Source: a virus
Lineage: Duplodnaviria > Caudoviricetes
Length of the DNA stretch: 64,000 nt
Strand: one strand, 5' to 3'
Virus record (IMG/VR): IMGVR_UViG_3300032007_000017
The notes below the pieces were generated by a model, which was not told the origin of the DNA, did not search any database, and saw only the letters and a program-made list of their open reading frames with translations. Of the stretch, positions 48,111 to 56,519 are shown one piece after another. The translations under genes were made by a program, and so were the position numbers. Position 1 is the first letter of the stretch. Every line of letters begins with the position of its first letter.

Positions 48111-48293
48111 ATGATCATTGAAGTTCCTTATATGCCTGGTGAATCCAGGTTTTATTCTGATAAGGGAGTTAAGATCCAAAACAAAAAGACTGGTGAGATC
48201 TCTGATGAGATTATCTCCGATGAAAAGCTCGATCCTGCAGATTTTGTTGAATTGGATACTGCTGTTGACACTGATACTCCTATTGAGGAATAA
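48111..48293 (+). CDS. Small acidic hypothetical protein
   Basis: GGAGG SD, late-type promoter 48073-48084. Confidence 0.7.
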   Translation: MIIEVPYMPGESRFYSDKGVKIQNKKTGEISDEIISDEKLDPADFVELDTAVDTDTPIEE

Positions 48294-48347
48294 TTACACT
48301 AAATCAATTCACATCTTATTAATATCCTAAATAAGGAGTGTATTATT

Positions 48348-48917
48348 ATGCCGTTTTTCTTTAAGTTTAGAGACTGCTTAGAGTCTGAACTCGATTCTCA
48401 GTCTTTTATTTCCGGTACCTTCATTGTCACCAGAGATGCTGGTAATTTATATTGCGATACATTAGCTGGTGATCGTTTACCTCTTGGACAGGTTGTTCAT
48501 GTTGTTACTGGCTCTATTAGTAGCATTCTTTATCCTGAAAGTGGTCACTTCTATTATAGTACCACTGATAAGAATGTGTGCTTCTATTCTGATGGTACCT
48601 TCCAGCCGATCAATATGACCGTTGGCTATATTGATTATAAGAATATTCGTGTACCGGCTGCTGGAAGTGCTAGTGTTGCTATCAATACTGGCTATTCTGG
48701 AAGAATCATGTCTGTTGCTACTCTGAAGCTCGATACCGATATCTCGATCTATGATCTGGATGCAACACAATTTGTCGGAGCTGGTAAAGTTAGAGCTAAC
48801 GCTGCTGTCAACACCAATGGAAGCTGGTCGATTCCTCTCGTCAACGAGAATACCAATTATGATTGGCTTGGTGGAATTACCGCTGTTATCGTTCAGAGAA
48901 CTGCACTGCCGTCGTAA
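48348..48917 (+). CDS. Putative fibre-associated structural protein
   Basis: 189 aa, AAGGAG SD; N-terminal TRDAGNLY resembles LSDTGEIY of ORF 46703. Confidence 0.65.
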   Translation: MPFFFKFRDCLESELDSQSFISGTFIVTRDAGNLYCDTLAGDRLPLGQVVHVVTGSISSILYPESGHFYYSTTDKNVCFYSDGTFQPINMTVGYIDYKNIRVPAAGSASVAINTGYSGRIMSVATLKLDTDISIYDLDATQFVGAGKVRANAAVNTNGSWSIPLVNENTNYDWLGGITAVIVQRTALPS

Positions 48918-48929
48918 AGGGTGATATAA

Positions 48930-49658
48930 ATGGCTGAAAGACTTCCCAGTTTCGTTAAACGAGATGGTGAGTCCATCATATTCAATGAAGATGGAGAATT
49001 TATCTTCTATGTATATGATGAATTCTTTCAAAAAGAATATGCACAAGTTAAAGGAGATCTAGTTAATCTAATTGGTATCCTTGACTATGCTGTTTTCGAT
49101 AAGAATGGTAAGAATAGTGGATTGAAGAGATTTTATTTCCCTTCTGTCTTTCTTACTAGACCTTATTCCATGGAAAAGATGAAAAACGTGAAGCTCACGA
49201 AAACTCAAGAGCCTCGCGACTATAGACTTCTTAGATATAAGAAAGGTGATGCTATCATTGTCACTACAAAAGTTCCTCAAGAACTTCGTAGTGTGGAGGA
49301 CTTTTATAAAGTCTTCTTATATGGTAAGCTTCCCACCACAATTCCTTATGGAAAACTTCAAGATTACTTCCCTAAGAATATTGCCTTAAATGGCGGTAAC
49401 TATGGAGTTAATCTTCAAGTATTCGGAATGGTTATAAGTGAAACATGTAGAGATCCTAATGACTTAAATAAGCCCTTTAGGATGACAAACTTTACAGATG
49501 AGACAGCTTATAAACCTATTTCGATTATTGATGTACCCAAATACATCTCTCCGCATCAATCTCTTACTTCCCAAAACTGGGATAGTGCTATTGTTGGTGC
49601 TATTATGCATCCGACTGATGTTGATTCTCCTTTGGAGAAGCTTGTTATGGGTCAATAA
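48930..49658 (+). CDS. Second RNA polymerase beta' extreme C-terminal subunit (putative virion RNAP)
   Basis: GVNLQVFGMVISETCRD and SPHQSLTSQNWDSAIVGAI..PLEKLVMG align by eye with RpoC KHIEVIVRQM and SAASFQETTRVL..LKENVIVG. Confidence 0.65.
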   Translation: MAERLPSFVKRDGESIIFNEDGEFIFYVYDEFFQKEYAQVKGDLVNLIGILDYAVFDKNGKNSGLKRFYFPSVFLTRPYSMEKMKNVKLTKTQEPRDYRLLRYKKGDAIIVTTKVPQELRSVEDFYKVFLYGKLPTTIPYGKLQDYFPKNIALNGGNYGVNLQVFGMVISETCRDPNDLNKPFRMTNFTDETAYKPISIIDVPKYISPHQSLTSQNWDSAIVGAIMHPTDVDSPLEKLVMGQ

Positions 49659-49673
49659 GAAAAAATAAAGCCA

Positions 49674-49718
49674 TCAACAAATTGATAAAGGACCAGCCAG
49701 TCCTGGTCCTTTATCTTT
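49674..49718 (+). repeat. 45-nt promoter plus hairpin element, copy 2
   Basis: 43/45 identical to 24213-24257. Confidence 0.95.
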
Positions 49719-49828
49719 ATTCATAAGCTTGTCGACTTAAGCTCATGAATGATCCGATCGTCTAAACAAACCGGGATAGCTAAACGATCAGGAAGACGGG
49801 TAGCAGAAATGCTACCCGTCGTTCTATC
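49687..49828 (+). ncRNA. Candidate structured late RNA B with four consecutive stems
   Basis: AACA-N6-TA 49676-49687; stems 49684-49715, 49719-49750, 49753-49793 and 49795-49820 (GAAA loop); no ORF; the sheath gene has its own promoter downstream. Confidence 0.55.
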
Positions 49829-49849
49829 TATGCCTCATTGCTGAAGTTT

Positions 49850-49861
49850 AACATAGCAGTA
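49850..49861 (+). promoter_or_regulatory. Late-type promoter of the sheath-tube operon
   Basis: AACATAGCAGTA. Confidence 0.8.
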
Positions 49862-49929
49862 AAGCACAAATACCACATTAAGTATGTCATTTTTGTGGCT
49901 TAAAATTTGTTATAAAGGAGGAAACTTCC

Positions 49930-51810
49930 ATGATTCCTGGTACTTTCTTTGAATGGGATGACCAGAGTGAGATCATTAATCTTGATATTGTTCAAGTGAG
50001 AACAATGCCATTATTTGCTCAGGTCTTCACATCTGATAAGGGAGAGGAAGGATGGACTAAGCTTAGTGGCCAGGATTGGTTTGATATGTACGCTGTCAAC
50101 AACACTGTTGACTTCTCGCGTCATGGACAGCCTCTCCTTCAGACGGCTATGGCCGTTAATGCTGGTGCTGAGATCCTTAGCAAGCGTGTTGTTGCTGATG
50201 ATGCGGCACTGGCTAATATTGCGGTTATTGCCCAGGTCGTTCCTGGTTCTACTTCTACGTCTCCGGCTACAATCTCTTATACTCTTAAATCTGCTTCTGG
50301 ATGCAAGACTCAGGCTGAGATTATCTCTGCCATTAGTGCTGCAGTAAAAGCAGATAATGATGCAGAAGAGGCTGCAGCCGAAGAAGCTGGAAGAGAGCCC
50401 AATCTGTTCTATCCTCTGTGGATTTTCTTCGATAATGGTCGTGGTGAGTCGAAGAAGCGTATTCGCATTTCTCCGAACTACAACCTGTCGAAGAACTATA
50501 CGAATTTCTTCATGTATGATCTTGACGTGCTTGAGAGCAATTCTGAGTTTGATACTCTGCATTTCTGCCTCAATTCCGACATGATCAATAATGGCGAGAA
50601 CATCTCGCTTCAGTATGTTGTCCATACTCAGTCTAATCAGATCGATGCCTACCAGTATAGCGAAGATATCCGTAGCTTTATGGATGCTGTTATAGCTAAA
50701 CTTCCCGAAGGCACTGAGAATCCTGAGGGACTCGATCTTATCTTTGCACATGATAAGAAGGGTCGTTCAATTAGTACTGTCGTTGTCAGTGATACCGATG
50801 TTGATCTTTCGATCAATTCTGGTACTCTGCTGATGAATGGTTCTAACGGCTCCTTTGGCGATTCGCCTATCACTGCAGAGAACTATGGTCTTATGCTTGC
50901 TAAGGCTTTTGCTGGTTATGTGCCGCAGGGTCAGCGTAGCTTTAAGATTCTGACAGCTAAAGATGGTTGCTATGATCCCATTATTTACAATGTCGATCGC
51001 TACTATATCGATGCTGTTATGGATGCAAACTATCCCGATGTGGTTAAGCGTGCTATCGAGCAGCTTGTTACCTATCGTGAGGATTGCTTCTACTTCCGCG
51101 ATATGGGTACCGATAAGAACACGATTGATCTGATTCTGTCTGCTAATGACGATATGATGAAGACCAAGTTCGCTGGTACTTATTGCACGTACTATGATGT
51201 CATCAACCCGTACTCTCGTAAGCAGATCACTGTTACGATGATGTACTCGATGGCTCAGCTGGTTGTCCAGCAGTTCAACAATGGTCGTAACCTGCCGATG
51301 GCTGGTATCAAGTATGGTTTTACCATTACTGATGCTATCGAAGGCACTGTTGGCTTTACGCCGACTATCTGCCCGGGCCTCAATCAGAAAGAAGATCTGC
51401 TTGATGCTCGTATCAACTATGCGACCTATATTGACAATGCACTTGTTATTGAGTCTCTGTATACCTCTCAGGAGAAGTACAGCCAGCTCAGTTTCATGAA
51501 CAATGTCATTGCTACTCAGGAAGTTATTAAGGAGATCCGTCGTAGATGCCCGGCTCTGCGTTATAGCTTCATTGATGGCGATGATCTTGAGAAGTATCGT
51601 GCGGATGTTGAAGAGGTAATTGCTCCCTTTGTGTCTAACTTCAAGAGTCTGACACTCGAGTATAAGCAGGATCCTTATTACACTCGCAATAAGATCTTCT
51701 ATGCAGTGCTTGCTGTTCGGTATCGTGACTTTGTCCAGACCGAATACTTCAAGATTACTGCCCTTAGCAGCGATACTAGTGTTGATACCACTAGCAGCGC
51801 TACTGTCTAA
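49930..51810 (+). CDS. Contractile tail sheath protein
   Basis: 626 aa; MIPG..E.D.S start, NGSNG, REDC, RINY sheath-type motifs; followed by the tube gene; late-type promoter 49850-49861. Confidence 0.85.
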   Translation: MIPGTFFEWDDQSEIINLDIVQVRTMPLFAQVFTSDKGEEGWTKLSGQDWFDMYAVNNTVDFSRHGQPLLQTAMAVNAGAEILSKRVVADDAALANIAVIAQVVPGSTSTSPATISYTLKSASGCKTQAEIISAISAAVKADNDAEEAAAEEAGREPNLFYPLWIFFDNGRGESKKRIRISPNYNLSKNYTNFFMYDLDVLESNSEFDTLHFCLNSDMINNGENISLQYVVHTQSNQIDAYQYSEDIRSFMDAVIAKLPEGTENPEGLDLIFAHDKKGRSISTVVVSDTDVDLSINSGTLLMNGSNGSFGDSPITAENYGLMLAKAFAGYVPQGQRSFKILTAKDGCYDPIIYNVDRYYIDAVMDANYPDVVKRAIEQLVTYREDCFYFRDMGTDKNTIDLILSANDDMMKTKFAGTYCTYYDVINPYSRKQITVTMMYSMAQLVVQQFNNGRNLPMAGIKYGFTITDAIEGTVGFTPTICPGLNQKEDLLDARINYATYIDNALVIESLYTSQEKYSQLSFMNNVIATQEVIKEIRRRCPALRYSFIDGDDLEKYRADVEEVIAPFVSNFKSLTLEYKQDPYYTRNKIFYAVLAVRYRDFVQTEYFKITALSSDTSVDTTSSATV

Positions 51811-51833
51811 TCTGTAGAAAGGAGTATATAGAT

Positions 51834-52733
51834 ATGGGACAGTATTACATGTTTAATGACCTGAAGTCCGCTCGTGATATTACCAAGTACACGTTATTCC
51901 GTGGTACTACCGACTGGACTCAGCTTGAACAGTTCGATATGTATGAGTCTGGCTATAACTATCTCGTCATGATCAGCATGCCTAAGTTCATTCGTGATAT
52001 GGCTGAGCAGGATCCTGAGGTTGATAAGCTGGCTAAGGCTTATAAGCATATTATTGAACGTGACTTCCTTGGTTTCGACAGTGGTCTCGACAATATCAGT
52101 GTTGAAACTCAGGAGATCTCCAATAACGTTCAGTCTGTCAACGTTATCACGAAGGTTAATGCACCTAGTGCTACCACCTTCTCTATGACACTGCGTGAGC
52201 GTAGTGGAACCCCGATTACGAGAATGCATGAGCTTTATCTGCGTTGTCTGAAGGATCCTGGAACTGAGTTTAAGACTTACAATGGTCTGATTCAGCTTCC
52301 TGGTATTACCACAGACAAGGAAGGATTCTATATCGATCCGAAGGATGCTGGATTCCATAAGGAATGCTTCTCCTTCCTCTATATGGCAACTGATAATACC
52401 GGTCTGCTTCTTGAGCGTGCTGTGTATTATGTTTGCTGCCAGCCTCAGAGTGCTAACCTTGAGATCTACAATGGTCAGCATGGTACTCCTGAATTCCAGC
52501 AGGTTTCCTGCGAGTTCAGTGGTCTGCCTCTGATGAGCGATAGGATCAATGAACAGGCTAAGCGTATCCTTAACTGGATGAACAACAAGGCCAATGAGAA
52601 TATGGTTCAGCGTAATAGCTGGAACTTCGATTATGAGCAGGTTGCTGGACGCAGAATTGATGGAAACAGAATGGATGATTCTGCCGCACGTGATCATGGT
52701 CTGCTTCAATCCAGTCTTATTGGCAATCAGTAA
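51834..52733 (+). CDS. Tail tube protein
   Basis: 299 aa immediately after the sheath gene, beta-rich, strong codon bias. Confidence 0.7.
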   Translation: MGQYYMFNDLKSARDITKYTLFRGTTDWTQLEQFDMYESGYNYLVMISMPKFIRDMAEQDPEVDKLAKAYKHIIERDFLGFDSGLDNISVETQEISNNVQSVNVITKVNAPSATTFSMTLRERSGTPITRMHELYLRCLKDPGTEFKTYNGLIQLPGITTDKEGFYIDPKDAGFHKECFSFLYMATDNTGLLLERAVYYVCCQPQSANLEIYNGQHGTPEFQQVSCEFSGLPLMSDRINEQAKRILNWMNNKANENMVQRNSWNFDYEQVAGRRIDGNRMDDSAARDHGLLQSSLIGNQ

Positions 52734-52739
52734 TAACCA

Positions 52740-52768
52740 AAAGAGAGTCCCATTTTGGGACTCTCTTT
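52740..52768. terminator. Bidirectional terminator
   Basis: 12-bp stem between convergent genes. Confidence 0.85.
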
Positions 52769-52769
52769 T

Positions 52770-53108
52770 TTATTGGTTTTTAGAAACCCATACTCGTATT
52801 CCTGATAGAATCTTTTCGAAATCTTCATCGGACATATTGTATATCTGATCTCTTGTATATGTGAGTCTTCTATCTGGACTATGCAAGATATGCATACTAT
52901 CCTGATTCCAATTGGATGAATACAAAATTAATAAACGTTGTTTATATCTTGTACGCAGATCTTCAGCATTTTCCATTTTAATCTCTCTTTCTATTGCATC
53001 ATAATCAATGTCTTTATTAGTTTCTTTTATGCATTTATCTACATATTCTAAAATAGATTCTGGGGTAGTAAGATATTTATCATAATAATTATCTGGTATT
53101 ATTCCCAT
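52770..53108 (-). CDS. Hypothetical protein
   Basis: 112 aa, AAGGA SD, early-like motif 53125-53138. Confidence 0.7.
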   Translation of the reverse strand: MGIIPDNYYDKYLTTPESILEYVDKCIKETNKDIDYDAIEREIKMENAEDLRTRYKQRLLILYSSNWNQDSMHILHSPDRRLTYTRDQIYNMSDEDFEKILSGIRVWVSKNQ

Positions 53109-53137
53109 TTTATCACATCCTTTTTAATATAATGTAT

Positions 53138-53163
53138 CCGAGGGTATCAAAAGATACCCTCGG
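53138..53163 (-). terminator. Terminator-like hairpin after the portal gene
   Basis: 11-bp stem. Confidence 0.65.
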
Positions 53164-53169
53164 TTTTTA

Positions 53170-55626
53170 TTATTGCTGGTCTTCTTCACCTTTTCTGGAT
53201 ACTTCGACAAGTTGTCTGGACTTTCTGAGAATCTCTTCATGACGAGAGATATCAAGATGAGTACCAAGATAGAAGTAATAGAGTTGTCTCATATACTCAT
53301 TCTTAATAGCCTCATCCTGCTCATTGGCGAGATCAAACTCAGTGACATTCTGAACAAACTGTTTTGTATTCTCTGCAATCTGATTGGTATTTGCAGTATT
53401 GATAAAGACAGGCGGCGGGAAACTAGCTTCAAGCTCAACATTCTCTTTATATTCAAAGTTATAGATCTTAGTGCAAATCCTAGACACAAACGGGGAGAAT
53501 ACAGATTGTCTTGCATAGATCTTTCTTAAGAACTTAGAGTTTGCCATAGAAAGCTGAGAAGCATAATCTACAGACATACGAGACTGAATAATTTCAAAAG
53601 GCACGCCAATAGAATTGATTGCCATTTCTTTGACTTGTTCAAGTTGCTCTGAATTGTCTGTAAACTGTTGGCCAGGCATAGTTTGAATATCAATGGGAGA
53701 ATTACCATCTGTGCCAACTGGGATAAAGAGGTCATTAAATTTACCAGTAATATTTAAGACATTATTGATATTAGAGAACTGTCTAAAACCAAAATTGCCT
53801 TGCTTTACTTGGTTAATGACATTTAAAAGAGTCTGAGCTATATTGGTATCAACCTGTTGTTTGACATAATAAACTCTCTTATCTTGTCCTCTCACAAGCC
53901 TACCAATAGCATCAGTGATATACATAGAAGCATAGATCTTAGCAGGTACCATTGCCTTATCAAGATCAGAAATACCTCTATGAGTAATGGGATCGAGTTT
54001 AAAGTATACATGAACCATATCCTCAGGCGGAATAAAGGTAATTTTTACCTTATCGATAGCCGGAGTATTAAAGAGATCATTATACTTTAAAATCTGGTAA
54101 ATCTCTTCTCTAAGATCCTGATTTGCCTGAATAAACTGCTTATCAATAAACTGGGAAAGTTGCCCAGCGACATATTTTAGCAGTTCTTCTTGACGAGAAG
54201 GATCAACACAGTTAAACGGAGCATTCATACCAGAGTTAGATCCTCTAAGAGATGTAAGAGAATCGCTCATGATATAGTTCAATCCTCTGAAGTCTTCAAG
54301 AGCTTCATAAGATCTAAGCTCAATGTAATAATATCCTAAGCAGGTATTATTAGATCCAATGTAAATAGGAATGACTTGTTCACGCTTAATACGAGATACA
54401 ACGCAACCAGGAACATCGACAGTTATCTCAGGTCTATTATCTCTCTGATTTGCAAATCCAATTAAGCCATCAGAAACAAGCTCATTCTTGTGGTTCGTCT
54501 CATCATCAATATCTTCTTCAATACCATCAACGACAAGCTTACCACTCTTTTTATCTTTCTTAACGATCTTAAGATCTTTCTTGCCTTCATTCAATGCTAC
54601 TTCATTCAAGAATTGAGCTGAAGTAGATTCCATAAATCCTTTTCTCTTATTGGTAATCTGAGCATTTCTAACTTCAGATTCGATAATACCACGACGGCAA
54701 ATCTCAACCTGAAGATGGAAAGATTCAGACTGATTGAGAAGGGATTGCATCTGCGGTTGATCAATACGATGTCCGGCCTTTACAGAAGAACCTTCTGTAA
54801 CAACAGCGGATTCTATGACATATTGAGGGTTTGCAGACTCTAAGACAGATGCTTTTGTATTATCGCTAATGACAGAACGTTTATTATCAATAGACAGCAT
54901 GAATGTCTCATTAAGCCTATCATCGGTTCCAACAGCAGACTCATGCTCAATATTAGCAGAAGTTATTGGATTAGTATAAGGCTTATCAGTAAGCAATCTA
55001 CTTAAAGCAGTCTTATACGGGACAATGTAAACGAAGTCTTCACCATACTTAGAAGCATGGTAATAGACATCTTCTATAAAAGGAAGAAGATTATATCTCT
55101 TCTTGAGATCTTTACAACGTTCATCGAAAGTTGTATCATCATCTTCTCCAATAGACAGATTCTTTAAAGTCAAGAAATCTTTAGAGAAATAGTCAGGAGA
55201 GAGAACTCCTTCTTTAAGAATAAGAAGAGCTTCTTCAAGATCAGGAAAGTACTTACAAGTAGAATCAATCTCTGCGTCCATCTCCATAAGATATCTATTG
55301 GACTGGAAAACAGCAAAGAAATCATCATAATTCAGAGCATCATCAAAGAATTTAGAAACGCCATTTTTGCCATTTATTCTTGATGTCTCTGTATCAAATT
55401 TAAACTTAAGCCTAGAATAAAGCTTCGAAACGCTAGGAATTCCCATAGTATTGATATTCGAAGCGACGATATCATCCAAATTAGAACTGATATCTTTTCT
55501 AAGCCTATCTATATTAGCATTATTAGACGGGGATGTAAAGTACGTAGTTTGATAAAGAGATGACATAGATCGATTTACACGACCCATGAGACCTCTTAAA
55601 CCACGTCTCTGGTCATTATCGGGCAT
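53170..55626 (-). CDS. Portal protein (T4 gp20-like)
   Basis: 818 aa; DLEEAL, YGEDFVY, EDMVH, RGISDL..A, RVYYV, IQTMPG, SIGVP motifs; late-type promoter 55650-55661. Confidence 0.8.
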   Translation of the reverse strand: MPDNDQRRGLRGLMGRVNRSMSSLYQTTYFTSPSNNANIDRLRKDISSNLDDIVASNINTMGIPSVSKLYSRLKFKFDTETSRINGKNGVSKFFDDALNYDDFFAVFQSNRYLMEMDAEIDSTCKYFPDLEEALLILKEGVLSPDYFSKDFLTLKNLSIGEDDDTTFDERCKDLKKRYNLLPFIEDVYYHASKYGEDFVYIVPYKTALSRLLTDKPYTNPITSANIEHESAVGTDDRLNETFMLSIDNKRSVISDNTKASVLESANPQYVIESAVVTEGSSVKAGHRIDQPQMQSLLNQSESFHLQVEICRRGIIESEVRNAQITNKRKGFMESTSAQFLNEVALNEGKKDLKIVKKDKKSGKLVVDGIEEDIDDETNHKNELVSDGLIGFANQRDNRPEITVDVPGCVVSRIKREQVIPIYIGSNNTCLGYYYIELRSYEALEDFRGLNYIMSDSLTSLRGSNSGMNAPFNCVDPSRQEELLKYVAGQLSQFIDKQFIQANQDLREEIYQILKYNDLFNTPAIDKVKITFIPPEDMVHVYFKLDPITHRGISDLDKAMVPAKIYASMYITDAIGRLVRGQDKRVYYVKQQVDTNIAQTLLNVINQVKQGNFGFRQFSNINNVLNITGKFNDLFIPVGTDGNSPIDIQTMPGQQFTDNSEQLEQVKEMAINSIGVPFEIIQSRMSVDYASQLSMANSKFLRKIYARQSVFSPFVSRICTKIYNFEYKENVELEASFPPPVFINTANTNQIAENTKQFVQNVTEFDLANEQDEAIKNEYMRQLYYFYLGTHLDISRHEEILRKSRQLVEVSRKGEEDQQ

Positions 55627-55649
55627 AATCTCACCTCGAAATCATTAAT

Positions 55650-55661
55650 TATTAAAGTGTT
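55650..55661 (-). promoter_or_regulatory. Late-type promoter of the portal gene
   Basis: AACACTTTAATA. Confidence 0.8.
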
Positions 55662-55669
55662 GAGGACAA

Positions 55670-55704
55670 AAAATAAAGCTAGAGATAACCCCTAGCTTTA
55701 TTTT
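55670..55704 (-). terminator. Intrinsic terminator
   Basis: 13-bp stem plus U tail. Confidence 0.75.
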
Positions 55705-55706
55705 AA

Positions 55707-56519
55707 TTATGAATCCAAATGAATAAACGTAGCATACGTTGACTCTATAAACTGTCCAGGATAAATATATTTGAATGGATTCTTTTTATGAGTGACAATA
55801 AACTGAATCTCGAATATTTTGGGATTGTCCAATCTATCTCTCAGTTTAATATCAAGAGAATCATCTTTATTTATCGGGAATAGAGTCTTAAACATAAAGA
55901 ATCCATAATTCCTTTTATCGACTTCAAGATTTACATAGCTTTCTCCCATCATAACCTTATTAGCTAGCACTGATGCAATGGTATCATTAAGATGCATAGC
56001 ATAATAGGTCTTGATAGGTTCGGAAACTAATTGTCTAGAATGAAGAAATCCGTTTACTAGACTGATTACATTCGGAAGCATAACAGATTTTCTACCATCT
56101 GGACCATACAAATCTACAAAATCAATTGGTTCATTGAGTCTAGTGTTTACCAGACCCCAGAGAGATGCATCAGATATAGGTCTCCATACAGGTTGTATAT
56201 ACTTGAATTCTTCTCTCATAGATAATGGAACCATTGCCCATTGAAGATCTTCAAGTATTGCAAAGTCTATATATTTATTGACTATATCTGCATCTACTGT
56301 ATCATATCTGAATATGAATGAGGATGGAACCTCTAGTTCTAGTGGGAGAGGCATCTCCCTAATGGAATGTATCTCATCTGGAATTCCATAGATAGCATGC
56401 CTCTCCGCACAAACGTAATAGAAGTGGCAACCTTTCATAGCTTTTGCGATTGTGATAATAATATCAAATCGCTTTACTACTTTATAACTAGAAGGATTGA
56501 TTGGGTGTGACAGCCACAT
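55707..56519 (-). CDS. Hypothetical protein coupled to the DNA polymerase N-terminal subunit (start uncertain)
   Basis: Up to 270-aa ORF directly downstream of the polymerase gene. Confidence 0.7.
   Translation of the reverse strand: MWLSHPINPSSYKVVKRFDIIITIAKAMKGCHFYYVCAERHAIYGIPDEIHSIREMPLPLELEVPSSFIFRYDTVDADIVNKYIDFAILEDLQWAMVPLSMREEFKYIQPVWRPISDASLWGLVNTRLNEPIDFVDLYGPDGRKSVMLPNVISLVNGFLHSRQLVSEPIKTYYAMHLNDTIASVLANKVMMGESYVNLEVDKRNYGFFMFKTLFPINKDDSLDIKLRDRLDNPKIFEIQFIVTHKKNPFKYIYPGQFIESTYATFIHLDS

Noticed and set aside
46637-48118. 493-aa minus-strand ORF
   Set aside because: Antisense shadow of the codon-biased gene 46703-48004; no SD or promoter. The same applies to most overlapping ORFs in the track.
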